A stretch of 64,000 nucleotides of DNA. It comes from Spirochaetaceae bacterium (GTDB lineage: Bacteria; Spirochaetota; Spirochaetia; DSM-27196; SLAA01). The notes beneath the pieces are model-generated. The model did no database searches. It was not told where the DNA came from and saw only the letters and a program-made list of their open reading frames with translations. Location of the stretch: the NCBI GenBank assembly GCA_003556605.1, contig PWQX01000284.1:8954-72953 (forward strand), given 5' to 3'. Within the stretch, counting starts at the first letter, position 1. Each line of letters begins with the position of its first letter. This document shows, piece after piece, positions 27,620 through 38,655 of the stretch. Both the position numbers and the translations under genes were made by a program.

Positions 27620-30370
27620 CTAATTGACTTTCAGGCTCGCCAGATGCTGCTGCAACTTCGCGATCTGCGTTGCGAGCTCGCGTTTACGCTCGCGTTCCTT
27701 GGCAACCACCTCCGCTCCGGCTTTCTCGAGGAATCCGGGGCTGTCGAGTTTGCTTCTAGATCGTTCGAAAGCCTTCTCGTGCTTCTCGAGTTCCTTCTGA
27801 AAACGTCGCGCCGCCGCGTCAACATCGATCAATTCGCGCACATACAGGTGAGCTTCGAACCCGTCGCCGACTACCGCGACGCTGCCTTCCAAACGCCCTG
27901 AATCTACAGTATCCCCGCGGACGAACACGATGCCGTCATCTGACTCATCTGCGCCGGTTAACAACGCGATTATCCCTTTATGGCGCTCAAGAAACTCCGC
28001 CGCGCTGAACCGCGGCTCGGTACGAACGAGAAAGCGAACCTTCATAGCCGGCGGAAGCGTGAACTCACTCCGCAGGGTTCGCACCGCACTCACCAACTCC
28101 TGAAGCGCTGCGAATTGGGTTGCAGTTTCCGTCGCTTCACGCTCGACTGAGGGCTCCGGGAACCGTGCGACAATCAGCGCCGGTACTTCCTCCGCATTCC
28201 CGTCACGATCGTTACACCGGGGCAGTGCCGGCAGTTTCTGGTAGATCTCTTCGGTGACAAACGGCAATAAGGGATGCATCAAGCGCATCGATTCTTCGAG
28301 CAAGTGCAGCAACAGAGAAGCAGCACGATCTTGCTCCGTTTCGTCGTCGCTATACAGCTGGAGCTTGGAAAGCTCAATGTACCAGTCGCAGAAATCGTTC
28401 CAGAAAAACTCATATACCGCATGACCAACGTCGTCGAAACGGTATTCGCGCATGCCGGTCTGAACGCGCTCGACGGTGTAGTTCAAGCGGTGATAGATCC
28501 AGCGGTCGGTTTCACGGAGCTCGATTTCGTCCAACGGCACAACCCGCCGCTCACCCAAGTTCATCAACAGATAGCGCGCGGCGTTCCAGATCTTATTGGC
28601 GAACTTCGAACCGATCGCAAAAGTATCGTGACCCAGCAATATGTCCTGTCCCTGCGCCGACAAGAAGGCCAAGGTGAACTTCAACGCGTCGGCTCCGTAC
28701 TCATCAACAACCTCAAGCGGGTCGATACCGTTGCCCAGCGACTTCGACATCTTGCGCCCCTGCTTGTCGCGGACCAGACTCGTGATATAGATATCGCGAA
28801 ACGGAACCTCTTCGAGAAACTCAAGCGACGCCATAATCATGCGCGCTACCCAGAAGAAGATTATGTCGTATCCTGTTACCAGTGTCGTGGTCGGAAAGTA
28901 CTGCTCAAGATCTGCAGTTTCTTCAGGCCATCCGAGTGTCGAGAACGGCCATAGCCACGATGAAAACCATGTATCTAACACGTCTTCGTCTTGTCTGATC
29001 CCGGCGCTGCCGCAGGCGCCACAGGCGGAGATGTCCTCGCGCGAAACAGTCATCTGACCGCAGTCGCTGCAGTACCAGACAGGAATACGATGTCCCCACC
29101 ACAGCTGTCGCGATATACACCAGTCGCGGATCTCGCGCAACCAGTGGGTGTAGGTATTCTCCCAGCGCCGCGGATAGAACAAGAGCTCACCACGCTCCCA
29201 GGCAGCCAAGGCCTTCTCAGCCAACGGCTGCATGCGGACAAACCATTGTTCCGAGAGAAACGGTTCGATCAGCGAGTTACACCGGTAACAATGCCCCACC
29301 TGATGATTGTGATCTTCCTGTCCGAGAAAGTAGCCTTGTTCCTTGAGATCGGCGACAACTCGCCTGCGCGCCTCCACAACCGGCAAACCGCGGTAGCGCT
29401 TCGGCACCGCGTCGCTAAGCGTACCGTCGGGATTGAGGATATTGATGCGCTCGAGGTTGTGACGCAGCCCGATCTCGTAGTCGTTTGCGTCATGACCCGG
29501 AGTTACCTTCACCGCGCCGGTGCCGAAGGTCATATCTACGTAATCGTCGGCAACAATGGGAAGTATGCGGTCGGTAAGCGGGAGCCTAACCTCTTTACCG
29601 ACACAGCCCTGATAGCGCGTGTCTTTGGGGTTCACCGCAACACAGGTGTCGCCGAGCATAGTCTCGGGACGCGTGGTTGCGACCTCGATACGCCCGGACG
29701 CGTCCACCATCGGGTAGAAGTAGTGATACAGCGCTCCTTGTATCTCAGAGTGCTCAACCTCGTCGTCGGAAAGCGCGGTACCGCACGAAGCGCACCAGTT
29801 CACAAGGTAGTTACCGCGATAGATCAAGTTTCGTTCGTAGAGCTGCACAAACACTTCCCGAACAGCCCGCGATAACCCCTCGTCAAGCGTGAAGCGCTCG
29901 CGTGACCAATCGCACGAAGCGCCGATCTTCTGTAGCTGGCGGCGAATGGTGGTCTTGTGATCAAGCGCCACGCGCTCGGTCTCGGCAACGAATGCCTCAC
30001 GCCCCATCTGCTCCCGCGAGCTGCCGCGTCCACGCACCATTCGCTCGACAACGTTCTGCGTGGCAATGCCCGCGTGATCTGTTCCGGGTACCCACAAGGT
30101 AGGGTGGCCGAGCATGCGGTAGAAGCGAATCAAGACATCTTGAAGACTGTTGTTCAGTCCATGGCCGAGATGCAGTACTCCGGTTACGTTCGGCGGCGGA
30201 ATGACGATTACGAACGGGGTCTTACCGGTGTCCGCATATCCGGATTCAGGTGAAAAGTAGTTTCCTTCTTGCCACATCTGATAGACACGGCCTTCAAACT
30301 CCGCCGGGTTAAAACGCTTTTCAAGCTCCATGCTTTTCAAGCGTGCGGTGTCGGCTCTACCGGTCGCCAT
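27620..30370 (-). CDS. valS: valine--tRNA ligase
   Basis: HLGH and KMSKS motifs, a C-terminal coiled coil, and a GAGGAG RBS upstream of the ATG at 30370. Confidence 0.92.
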   Translation of the reverse strand: MATGRADTARLKSMELEKRFNPAEFEGRVYQMWQEGNYFSPESGYADTGKTPFVIVIPPPNVTGVLHLGHGLNNSLQDVLIRFYRMLGHPTLWVPGTDHAGIATQNVVERMVRGRGSSREQMGREAFVAETERVALDHKTTIRRQLQKIGASCDWSRERFTLDEGLSRAVREVFVQLYERNLIYRGNYLVNWCASCGTALSDDEVEHSEIQGALYHYFYPMVDASGRIEVATTRPETMLGDTCVAVNPKDTRYQGCVGKEVRLPLTDRILPIVADDYVDMTFGTGAVKVTPGHDANDYEIGLRHNLERINILNPDGTLSDAVPKRYRGLPVVEARRRVVADLKEQGYFLGQEDHNHQVGHCYRCNSLIEPFLSEQWFVRMQPLAEKALAAWERGELLFYPRRWENTYTHWLREIRDWCISRQLWWGHRIPVWYCSDCGQMTVSREDISACGACGSAGIRQDEDVLDTWFSSWLWPFSTLGWPEETADLEQYFPTTTLVTGYDIIFFWVARMIMASLEFLEEVPFRDIYITSLVRDKQGRKMSKSLGNGIDPLEVVDEYGADALKFTLAFLSAQGQDILLGHDTFAIGSKFANKIWNAARYLLMNLGERRVVPLDEIELRETDRWIYHRLNYTVERVQTGMREYRFDDVGHAVYEFFWNDFCDWYIELSKLQLYSDDETEQDRAASLLLHLLEESMRLMHPLLPFVTEEIYQKLPALPRCNDRDGNAEEVPALIVARFPEPSVEREATETATQFAALQELVSAVRTLRSEFTLPPAMKVRFLVRTEPRFSAAEFLERHKGIIALLTGADESDDGIVFVRGDTVDSGRLEGSVAVVGDGFEAHLYVRELIDVDAAARRFQKELEKHEKAFERSRSKLDSPGFLEKAGAEVVAKERERKRELATQIAKLQQHLASLKVN

Positions 30371-30425
30371 GGCTGAATGCTCCTCAAGCTGCGCAATATT
30401 CGGTGAATGTTATCAGATTTGTCTC

Positions 30426-30455
30426 TTGACATCAATGTTCGGCTTTTATCACAAT
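30426..30455 (+). promoter_or_regulatory. candidate topA promoter (TTGACA at 30426-30431, A/T-rich -10 region TTTTATCACAAT)
   Basis: A consensus -35 is present and there is no Shine-Dalgarno before either ATG (30454 or 30466). This suggests a very short or absent leader. Confidence 0.3.
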
Positions 30456-30465
30456 GTGCCGCGAT

Positions 30466-33024
30466 ATGAAGAAACACCCCTTGGTGATCGTTGAATCACC
30501 GACCAAGGCGCGAACCATCGGGAAGTTCCTACCGAAGAACTTCGAAGTTGAAGCCAGCATCGGTCACGTACGCGATCTGCCACAGAGAGCTTCCGACGTT
30601 CCCACAAGCTTCAAGCAAGAACCCTGGGCACGCCTTGGTATCAACGTGGATGAGGACTTCAAGCCGCTCTACATCACCCCGAGGGGTAAGGGCAAGATCA
30701 TCACGCACTTGAAGAAGAAGCTGAAGCAAGCCGACGCGTTGTATCTGGCAACCGACGAAGACCGCGAAGGCGAGAGTATATCGTGGCATCTTGTAGACTT
30801 GCTCCAGCCCAGAGTTCCGGTTAAACGCATGGTGTTTCACGAAATCACCAAAGAAGCGATCGAGCAAGCTATCGCTGAGCCGCGTGATATTGATATGAGT
30901 TTGGTCAAGGCGCAAGAGACGCGCCGCATTCTTGACCGCCTGTACGGATACACCTTGTCACCGCTGATCTGGAAAAAAATAGCGTACGGACTTTCCGCCG
31001 GCCGAGTGCAGTCGCCGGGGCTGCGCATGATCGTCGAGCGCGAACGCGAACGAATCCGGTTCAAGAAATCGGTGTACTGGGATTTGAAAGCGATTCTCCG
31101 GCCGAACCAGACAGAGCCGGAGTTCGAAGCCAAGCTTGTGGAGGTCAACGGGAATCGCATCGCCGGCGGCAAGGACTTCGACGAGAACACCGGGAACCTT
31201 GCTTCCGGGAAAGACGTACTGCTGCTCGATGAAAAAGCCGCCGATGAGCTGAGCGAGCGCTTGGTTCAGGCCGAATGGCGCGTATCTGAGGTTAACGAGA
31301 AACACGTGACCTCCCGTCCAGCTGCTCCGTTCATCACCTCAACGTTGCAGCAGGAGGCGAACCGTAAGCTCGGGCTTTCGGCGCGTGACACAATGCGAAT
31401 TGCACAACGCTTGTACGAAGAAGGACTGATTACGTATATGCGCACCGACTCACCGCAGCTCTCGGGTGAAGGCATTGGAGGCGCGCGCGAATGTATCGAG
31501 TCGCTGTACGGAAGAGAGTATTTGTCGGAAAAACCGCGTCAATACACGCCGCGCTCGCGCGACGCGCAAGAAGCGCACGAAGCAATTCGCCCCGCCGGGC
31601 CGCATTTCCGGCACCCGCAGCAGACAGGCCTTCAGGGTAAGGAACGCGCGTTGTACGAGTTGATCTGGAAACGGACGATCGCAACACAGATGGCAGACGC
31701 CAAGAAATCGCAAGTGGGCGTCCGCATCACCGCCGAGAATGCTACCTTCTCGGCCACCGGCACGCGAATTCTGTTTCCCGGCTTCTTGCGGGTGTATGTG
31801 GAAGGCAAGGATGACCCTGAGGCGGCTCTGGAGGATAAAGAGGTGCTGCTTCCTGATCTCACGAGCGGGCAACCCCTAACACTGCGCGAGCTATCACCGA
31901 TATCACATGAAACTAAACCACCGGCACGCTACACCGAGGCGTCGCTGGTACAACGACTGGAACGCGAAGGCATCGGACGTCCGTCGACCTACGCTTCGAT
32001 CATCTCAACCATCATTGAGCGCGGCTACGTCCGCAAACAAGGTAATGCGCTTGTACCTACTTTCACCGGTTTTGCGGTCGTTCAGTTACTAGAGAACCAT
32101 TTCCCCCACCTCATCGAGTACAGTTTCACCTCACGCATGGAGGACGCGCTCGACGAAATCGCCGTCGGCGAGCGTGAATCAATCACATACCTTCGCGAGT
32201 TTTACAACGGCGAAAAGGGATTGCTCAACGCAGTGCAGGCGCGCGAGGACCAGATCATCCCCGAAGCCTCACGGACAATTGAGCTGCCGCATATCACCAA
32301 CGGAGTTCAGATCAAGATCGGGCGCTACGGACCGTACCTAGTGTATCAGAACAAGCACGACGAAGCGGTGCACGCTTCAATCCCGGAAGACATCGCGCCG
32401 GCGGATCTCACGCGTGCGGAAATCGACAGTCTCATCGAACTGCAGATTAACGGCCCCGAGCCGCTGGGAAGCGACCCCGAAACCGGCAAGCGCGTGTATT
32501 GCTTGATTGGTCGTTACGGCCCATACGTGCAGCTCGGCGAGCCGAGCGAACAAGACCCCAAGCCCAAACGGGCGAGTATACCGAAGGGAGTCGAGCCGCG
32601 TGAAATCACCTTGGAGCACGCGCTGAGGCTCTTGAGCCTGCCCCGCAGCTTGGGGATGCATCCCGAGAAGGGCGCCGAGGTGATTGCAAACCTCGGGCGA
32701 TTTGGCCCCTACGTGTTCTGCGAAGGTGAGTATCGGTCACTCAAGAAACACGACGATGTATACACGATTGGGCTACAGCGCGCCCTGGAACTCCTCGCCG
32801 AGGAGAAAAAGCCGCGGCGGGGACAGCGGCTGATCAAGGATCTCGGTCAGGACCCGGAGAAGGGCAAGAAGCTCGCGATCTACGACGGGAAGTACGGCCC
32901 ATACATCAAACACGGCAGCAAGAACATCAGCCTACCCGACGAGCATAAAGACCCCGAGAAACTACGAGACTGGACGGTCGAAGAGACGATGCGCTTTATA
33001 TCCGAACATCGGGCTGAGAATTGA
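30466..33024 (+). CDS. topA: DNA topoisomerase I
   Basis: Toprim N-terminus (LVIVESPTKA), catalytic region, and four C-terminal G[RK][YF]GPY repeats without zinc-finger cysteines. An alternative ATG lies at 30454. Confidence 0.92.
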   Translation: MKKHPLVIVESPTKARTIGKFLPKNFEVEASIGHVRDLPQRASDVPTSFKQEPWARLGINVDEDFKPLYITPRGKGKIITHLKKKLKQADALYLATDEDREGESISWHLVDLLQPRVPVKRMVFHEITKEAIEQAIAEPRDIDMSLVKAQETRRILDRLYGYTLSPLIWKKIAYGLSAGRVQSPGLRMIVERERERIRFKKSVYWDLKAILRPNQTEPEFEAKLVEVNGNRIAGGKDFDENTGNLASGKDVLLLDEKAADELSERLVQAEWRVSEVNEKHVTSRPAAPFITSTLQQEANRKLGLSARDTMRIAQRLYEEGLITYMRTDSPQLSGEGIGGARECIESLYGREYLSEKPRQYTPRSRDAQEAHEAIRPAGPHFRHPQQTGLQGKERALYELIWKRTIATQMADAKKSQVGVRITAENATFSATGTRILFPGFLRVYVEGKDDPEAALEDKEVLLPDLTSGQPLTLRELSPISHETKPPARYTEASLVQRLEREGIGRPSTYASIISTIIERGYVRKQGNALVPTFTGFAVVQLLENHFPHLIEYSFTSRMEDALDEIAVGERESITYLREFYNGEKGLLNAVQAREDQIIPEASRTIELPHITNGVQIKIGRYGPYLVYQNKHDEAVHASIPEDIAPADLTRAEIDSLIELQINGPEPLGSDPETGKRVYCLIGRYGPYVQLGEPSEQDPKPKRASIPKGVEPREITLEHALRLLSLPRSLGMHPEKGAEVIANLGRFGPYVFCEGEYRSLKKHDDVYTIGLQRALELLAEEKKPRRGQRLIKDLGQDPEKGKKLAIYDGKYGPYIKHGSKNISLPDEHKDPEKLRDWTVEETMRFISEHRAEN

Positions 33025-33061
33025 GCGGAGAGGTGGGGCCGAGTCTCAGACCATAATACGA

Positions 33062-34300
33062 TCAGGCGCGTGCGGCTTGCGAATGCTCCTTGCGTTTACG
33101 CGCTATGCTCTCCATCTTGCGGTAGTACTTTGCTTGATCTTCAATTTCCTTAACATCGGTGGTTTGAATTCGGTCATCGATCGCCTTAACGCGTGAGTTC
33201 CGCAATAGCTCGCGAACACAGCGATTTCCTTCGCCCGGCGGGAGCCCAACCATGTTGATTAACTCGCGCATACCAAACTCAAACGTGTACGATTCTCCGG
33301 GTCTGATCGGCACGCGTGCCTTCTCCAACTGAATCGACAACGCGTCGTACATGCGTCCGAGGTTGTCGCTCAACAGGGTATTGGCCAACTGCTTGTAAAT
33401 GAACCAGATCCGCTCGGCGAGCAGTTGCGTCAGGCGCGCGATAATTTGGGGTTGCGTTCGCACCATGCGTTCGAAGTTCTCTTTGTTAACCGCGAGCAGA
33501 GTAGCTTCCTCGAACGCAACCGCCGAAGCCGAGCGCGGCTTGTTCTCGATCAGCGCCATCTCACCGAAAATATCGCCCGGCTTCAAGACCGCGAGCAGCA
33601 CCTCGTTATCATCTACGATCTTGGTGATCTTCACACTCCCCTTCTGAATGATATAGAGCTCTTTGCCCGGCATCGTCTCGGAGAAGATCATGGTGTCTTT
33701 TGGATAAGTACGGGTAAACACGTCTTCTTCGGCATCGAGGTACACCGCCTTCGCGTACAGCTCTATCTTTCGCATTCGCTCGCGCGCCGCTTCGACGTGC
33801 ACGCCGTGTGGGCAATGACGGGTGTACTGGTAATACGCAAAATAGGCTTGGTTGTACTGATTCTGCCGAGCGTAGTACTCGCCAACGTTGAATAGATGAC
33901 CGACATCAGGCTCAGCAGTACTCTTGAGCGTGCGGCGCGCAAGCGCGTCGTCGAGGTAGCGCATCCGCCGAGAGAACGCTTCGATGATCTTAATTGCAAC
34001 CGGTGCATTCACGCGGATCAGCTCACCGTAGTTGTCCCGATGTACCGATATCAGTGTGACCTCGGTGATCGCCTGCGCCGTCTCGATGTGGCTGTGAGAC
34101 GACATCGTGGAAACGACCCCGAAGAAGTCGCCGGGCCCGAGAAGGTTCCCGCCTTCCTCCTCGACAACCTCAATCTCTTTGCTGATTCGCACTTTTCCCG
34201 ACCGGATAATGAAGAAGTAGTCCGCCTTCTGTTTACCCTCGACAATGATGTAAGCTCCCTTGTTGAACTTTACCATCGAGAGTTGTAAGGGATTGCTCAT
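33062..34300 (-). CDS. protein with two cyclic-nucleotide-binding domains
   Basis: Two CAP-effector-like domains (GPGDFFGVVS and PGDIFGEMALI...RSASA). Confidence 0.7.
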   Translation of the reverse strand: MSNPLQLSMVKFNKGAYIIVEGKQKADYFFIIRSGKVRISKEIEVVEEEGGNLLGPGDFFGVVSTMSSHSHIETAQAITEVTLISVHRDNYGELIRVNAPVAIKIIEAFSRRMRYLDDALARRTLKSTAEPDVGHLFNVGEYYARQNQYNQAYFAYYQYTRHCPHGVHVEAARERMRKIELYAKAVYLDAEEDVFTRTYPKDTMIFSETMPGKELYIIQKGSVKITKIVDDNEVLLAVLKPGDIFGEMALIENKPRSASAVAFEEATLLAVNKENFERMVRTQPQIIARLTQLLAERIWFIYKQLANTLLSDNLGRMYDALSIQLEKARVPIRPGESYTFEFGMRELINMVGLPPGEGNRCVRELLRNSRVKAIDDRIQTTDVKEIEDQAKYYRKMESIARKRKEHSQAARA

Positions 34301-34390
34301 TCCGCCCCCGGGACCCAGTTGTTTTGCCCTTAAGTATACGAATCGAGAAAACTACTTGTCAATGCGCACAGCCGGCGCGAGATCACCAAC

Positions 34391-35686
34391 TCATTCATGC
34401 CCTGCCACCAACGGGAACGAAGCGCATAACTCACTCACCTCAGCACGCACCTTGGCAAGCTTCTCGTGGTCGCCTGTTGACTCCAGCACCTCGAGAATTA
34501 GGCGGCCGACAACCCGCATTTCGTCTTCGCGCATGCCGCGCGTCGTCAATGCGGGCGTACCAACCCGAATGCCCGAAGTAACGAATGGACTCTGCGAATC
34601 AAACGGAATACTGTTCTTGTTCACGGTAATGCCCGCGTCCTCGAGCATCGACTCGGCTTGCTTACCGCTCAGACCAAACGGAGTGACGTCCACCAACATG
34701 AGGTGATTATCGGTACCGCCCGAAACCAAACGAGCTCCGCCCTCGCGGAGCGCTTGCGCGAGCCGCGCGGCATTCGCGATCACCTGCTTCTGATAATCTC
34801 TAAACGGCGGCTGCAGGGCCTCAGCAAACGCCACCGCCTTCGCCGCGATGATGTGCATCAGCGGTCCGCCCTGAATTCCGGGCATTACCATACCGTCGAT
34901 GACTTCGGAGTAATTCTTCACACGTCCCGACTTCGGCGCCGTGATACCAAGGTGATTCTCCCCGTCACGTCCAATCAAAATCAAGCCGCCGCGGGGGCCG
35001 CGGAGCGTCTTATGCGTTGTAGACGTGGTGAAATGCGCCGGCTCAAGCGGTGACGGATGCAGCTCCGCCGCCACCAGGCCGGCGATGTGCGCCATGTCGG
35101 CCATGAAGTAGGCGCCGACCTCGTCGGCGATCTCACGGAACTTCGCAAAATCAATAACACGCGAATACGCCGACGCCCCGGCGATAATAAGCCGCGGGCG
35201 CGTCTCCTTGGCAACACGGAGCACCTCGTCGTAATCAATCAGCTCGGTTTCGCGCGAGACACCATAGCTCGCAGTATTATACAGGATTCCGGAAAAATTG
35301 ACTTTCGCCCCGTGCGTCAAGTGACCACCGTGCGCCAAGTCCATCCCGAGGACGGTGTCACCGGGCTTCATAACGGCAAAATACACCGCCATGTTGGCCG
35401 TACTCCCGGAATGCGGCTGTACATTCGCGTGATCACACCCAAACAGCTGCTTGGCACGATCGCGCGCCAGGTCTTCGGCGACGTCGATGAACTCACATCC
35501 GCCGTAGTAGCGCTTGCCGGGGTAGCCCTCGGCGTACTTATTCGTGAGTACGGTTCCGGCGGTCTGCAGCACCGCCGGACTAGTGAAGTTCTCCGACGCA
35601 ATCAACTCCAGTGTCCCGCGTTGGCGGTCTTCTTCTCGGGAGATCACGCTCGCAAGCTCGGGGTCTATTCGTTGGATGTCAGTCAT
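34391..35686 (-). CDS. glyA: serine hydroxymethyltransferase
   Basis: Full-length SHMT with the PLP-lysine motif [15 protein letters not shown]. Confidence 0.93.
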   Translation of the reverse strand: MTDIQRIDPELASVISREEDRQRGTLELIASENFTSPAVLQTAGTVLTNKYAEGYPGKRYYGGCEFIDVAEDLARDRAKQLFGCDHANVQPHSGSTANMAVYFAVMKPGDTVLGMDLAHGGHLTHGAKVNFSGILYNTASYGVSRETELIDYDEVLRVAKETRPRLIIAGASAYSRVIDFAKFREIADEVGAYFMADMAHIAGLVAAELHPSPLEPAHFTTSTTHKTLRGPRGGLILIGRDGENHLGITAPKSGRVKNYSEVIDGMVMPGIQGGPLMHIIAAKAVAFAEALQPPFRDYQKQVIANAARLAQALREGGARLVSGGTDNHLMLVDVTPFGLSGKQAESMLEDAGITVNKNSIPFDSQSPFVTSGIRVGTPALTTRGMREDEMRVVGRLILEVLESTGDHEKLAKVRAEVSELCASFPLVAGHE

Positions 35687-35767
35687 GCAAAAATACTCCT
35701 TGTTCGCGGCACCTAATTTCGAAGATAGGCCATTACCCTTGCCGCTGTCAAGGAAACGAGGTCGCCG

Positions 35768-37507
35768 CTAATACTCACCGAGAAAGCGCACCGGTTTCCA
35801 GCGGCTGGTATATCCGCTAAGGCTCCCGCTGAGCTCTTCGTAGCGGCTCTGCAACGAATACCGATAGCTTGGCTCACGTTCACGCGCATCGGGGTGCAGA
35901 CTCGGGATAGGCACCATCCCTGTTGAAAACGCCACTCGCCGGCTGTCGATATTTCCAAAGTAATAGGTCCCGGGGTTGTCAACGCCCGCCGCGCGCTCGG
36001 TGAACGTCTCTGCGTGCAAATCGTCGCCCAAGGCCGGGTCGGCAGGTATCCATCCGATACTCGGCAGGTAGAACTCAACCCAGTGATGCGTAATACCGTT
36101 GAGATCGGGCGCAACCAAGTAGCCCGACACAATTCGGGCAGGCACATCCACCGCGCGAAGCAACGCTGTGTACAACGCAGCGTAGTCAAACGCGTCGCCC
36201 GCGCCGCGTTCGTAAGCTTCACGCGCATTCCAGTCGTTACCGGCCTCGTCGGGTGCCAATACGTTGCGCACCAGAGCGAAAAGCTGCTCGGCTTTGCGGT
36301 AGGGGTTGCGTTGGTTACCAACCGCTCCCGCGGCGCGACGGCGTAGAGTATCATCGTCGGAAGGAACGAAAGGGTCCGCCGCGGTGTAGCGACGCACGAG
36401 CTCGGAACCACCGGGGTACGAGCTTGGAACCGAGCCGGCCGCGATTCGACTCTCAACCGCGTACCGCTCTATCATCTGGACGTGCACCAGCTCGATACGA
36501 TCACGGGGCCCGAGATTACGGAACTCAAACTGCTCAAAGCCCTCAGGTGACCGGAACAAAGGAGCTGCGTTTCGCCGCAGCGTCTGGTGGTTGCGCTGTT
36601 CCGGTGTCTGCGGGAGGTAAGGGAGCCAGATCTGCAACGTGTTGAGTTCGGTCCCGAAACCGCGCGGATTCGTCGTGATATGCTCTATCACCAATTCCTG
36701 CCGCAACGCGAAGCTGCGTCTGTCATGGTACCGTTTGCCACCCGCCGGCTGCAGTACTGTGAATGTAATCGGATTGCTTAAACCACGGTCAGTAGCGACG
36801 GCCAGCGTTCCCGAACGAGCGCCGTCCGGTACCGTTACCGTCAAAGAGCGATTCTCCCAGCGCTGATACTCGCCGAGCTTAACCGACGGCGTGGCCGCGT
36901 CGCCCCATTCGGCGAGTACCGGGTCGCGGTCGAGCGCCGCGAGCGTGAGCGCAGCACGATCAATCGGCTGCTCAAGTGTGCCGGGAAGGAACAGTACAAC
37001 GCTGTTGCCGCGTCGATTGCCGAAGTTGGTGCCCCTAATAGTAATGGTTTCGCCCACTGCCGCATCGCTCGGTGAGACCGTCTCGATCCGCGGCACCCCG
37101 GGACGCTCTACCAGGCCCTCGGTTTGTTCCGGCAGGTGCAGCCGATTAGTAAACAAGCGGCCGCCACTTTCGCCTTGATCGGTCTGCACGTACACCAAGC
37201 CCGACCGCACATCCTCAGATACGCGAAGCCGGATCTCGGTATCCGACCAACTGATGTATGAGCTCGTGGCTGGGTAGCGTCCGGCGATGCGCACACGACC
37301 CGACCCGCGCTCATCCCCGAAATGGCGCCCTTTTATGCTAAGCACCTCTCCCGGGGCGGCGGTGCGTGCCGACAGCTCGCTGATCTCGGGGCTACGGGCG
37401 GACAAGCTCACACTCAGGTAGAGTACGCCGACTAGAAGCAGGAACGCGCCGAACGCTAGGACGGCACCGGCGCTTGAAGAACGTCCTCCAGGCATCGGAC
37501 TTCGCAT
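35768..37507 (-). CDS. exported IPT/TIG-repeat + transglutaminase-like domain protein
   Basis: Two TIG-like segments (GEVLSIKGRHFG and GETITIRGTNFG) and a C-terminal transglutaminase core (HHWVEFYLPSIGWIPADP). The ATG at 37507 follows GGGAGA. The ORF-track TTG lies at 37519. Confidence 0.65.
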   Translation of the reverse strand: MRSPMPGGRSSSAGAVLAFGAFLLLVGVLYLSVSLSARSPEISELSARTAAPGEVLSIKGRHFGDERGSGRVRIAGRYPATSSYISWSDTEIRLRVSEDVRSGLVYVQTDQGESGGRLFTNRLHLPEQTEGLVERPGVPRIETVSPSDAAVGETITIRGTNFGNRRGNSVVLFLPGTLEQPIDRAALTLAALDRDPVLAEWGDAATPSVKLGEYQRWENRSLTVTVPDGARSGTLAVATDRGLSNPITFTVLQPAGGKRYHDRRSFALRQELVIEHITTNPRGFGTELNTLQIWLPYLPQTPEQRNHQTLRRNAAPLFRSPEGFEQFEFRNLGPRDRIELVHVQMIERYAVESRIAAGSVPSSYPGGSELVRRYTAADPFVPSDDDTLRRRAAGAVGNQRNPYRKAEQLFALVRNVLAPDEAGNDWNAREAYERGAGDAFDYAALYTALLRAVDVPARIVSGYLVAPDLNGITHHWVEFYLPSIGWIPADPALGDDLHAETFTERAAGVDNPGTYYFGNIDSRRVAFSTGMVPIPSLHPDAREREPSYRYSLQSRYEELSGSLSGYTSRWKPVRFLGEY

Positions 37508-37569
37508 GCGGTCTCCCAACTGTTGTGCTCGGTATTGAAATTTCCCGTTACACGGAAAGCGGGGCCAAT

Positions 37570-38079
37570 TCAGGTGTTCTCCACCGACTGGATATACGGA
37601 ACCACCGTAATCTCCAACTCAAGGTTTACGGTGCCGTATCGCTGCGTATCGAGGTCCATTTTGACACTTTCTCGCCCCAGCGGATAAAATACCACCGCTT
37701 GTCCGAGTTCTATCGGTACGGTTTCAAACGCTGTTTCGTAGCGCAGCTCATCGCTGTCGGCTGTTCTTAGCCAAGTTTGCCCGTGTGCAACCAACAGCAG
37801 CGAATCGTCGTTTCGATACGGGGTAAACTGCGCACGAATAATAATATTGTCCCCATCGAGCCGGACGTGCACCGAACGTCCTGAAATAGTAACACGCGTG
37901 AGCTCCATATTCCAGACCGTCTGATCACCGTCTTCGATCACGCGCGCCTCGATACGCACGCGAAGGGCCTCGTCACCGAAGAGCTCAAACAGCTCATCGA
38001 CGTCGTCGGCTAGGGCCGTGCTGCAAACGAATAGCGCCACGATCACGAAAGCCGCGCTGAATAACCGCTTCATTGCCAC
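37570..38079 (-). CDS. hypothetical exported protein
   Basis: Signal peptide (MAMKRLFSAAFVIVALFVCSTALA). I recognise no motif. Confidence 0.5.
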   Translation of the reverse strand: MAMKRLFSAAFVIVALFVCSTALADDVDELFELFGDEALRVRIEARVIEDGDQTVWNMELTRVTISGRSVHVRLDGDNIIIRAQFTPYRNDDSLLLVAHGQTWLRTADSDELRYETAFETVPIELGQAVVFYPLGRESVKMDLDTQRYGTVNLELEITVVPYIQSVENT

Positions 38080-38106
38080 AATGTACTACCGCTTCTATGG
38101 TTTGCG

Positions 38107-38655
38107 CTACTGCTTCTGACCACTAGGCACGATTACCGGTTGCCCAACAAACTCAAATGTTCGACTCTCGGGCAGCCGAATCGTAACCTCGTCGCTTGCC
38201 CCGGCACCGGTAAGCCGTTGCAGGACTTGCTCCGACTCACCCACGTGTGCCGACAGCTCAAAGGACGAGCTGAACGGTTCCGAACGGTGATCTGCGGTAG
38301 CGCGCGGTGTGTCGCCCCGCTGTGTAAACGCCACGCTGGCCAGCACGAGAAGCACCACGGCAGCCGCCATTGCCGGAAGCGGTACCGGCACCGGGCGGCG
38401 CCACCAAGGTACCGGCCGGTTCTCCAGATTTCTCAACGAGAGTCGGTGCCACGTGCGCTGCATAGGCTCATCGAAGTCGGGTTGGTCGTCGGATTGCAGG
38501 AAACCACGCACGCTACACAAGCGTTCATACCGATTGCGCAACATTGCGTCGCGCTGCAACTGCTCGGTGAATTGCCGTTCCTCGAGCTCGGAAAGCTCGT
38601 TATCGAGATACGCCCATAGGCGCAGATCTTCAGGGGACATAAACGTCGCCTCCAT
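38107..38655 (-). CDS. putative anti-sigma factor (single-pass membrane)
   Basis: N-terminal anti-sigma-like helix (LWAYLDNELSELEERQF) and a central TM segment. It overlaps the 3' end of the sigma gene. An alternative ATG lies at 38640. Confidence 0.55.
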   Translation of the reverse strand: MEATFMSPEDLRLWAYLDNELSELEERQFTEQLQRDAMLRNRYERLCSVRGFLQSDDQPDFDEPMQRTWHRLSLRNLENRPVPWWRRPVPVPLPAMAAAVVLLVLASVAFTQRGDTPRATADHRSEPFSSSFELSAHVGESEQVLQRLTGAGASDEVTIRLPESRTFEFVGQPVIVPSGQKQ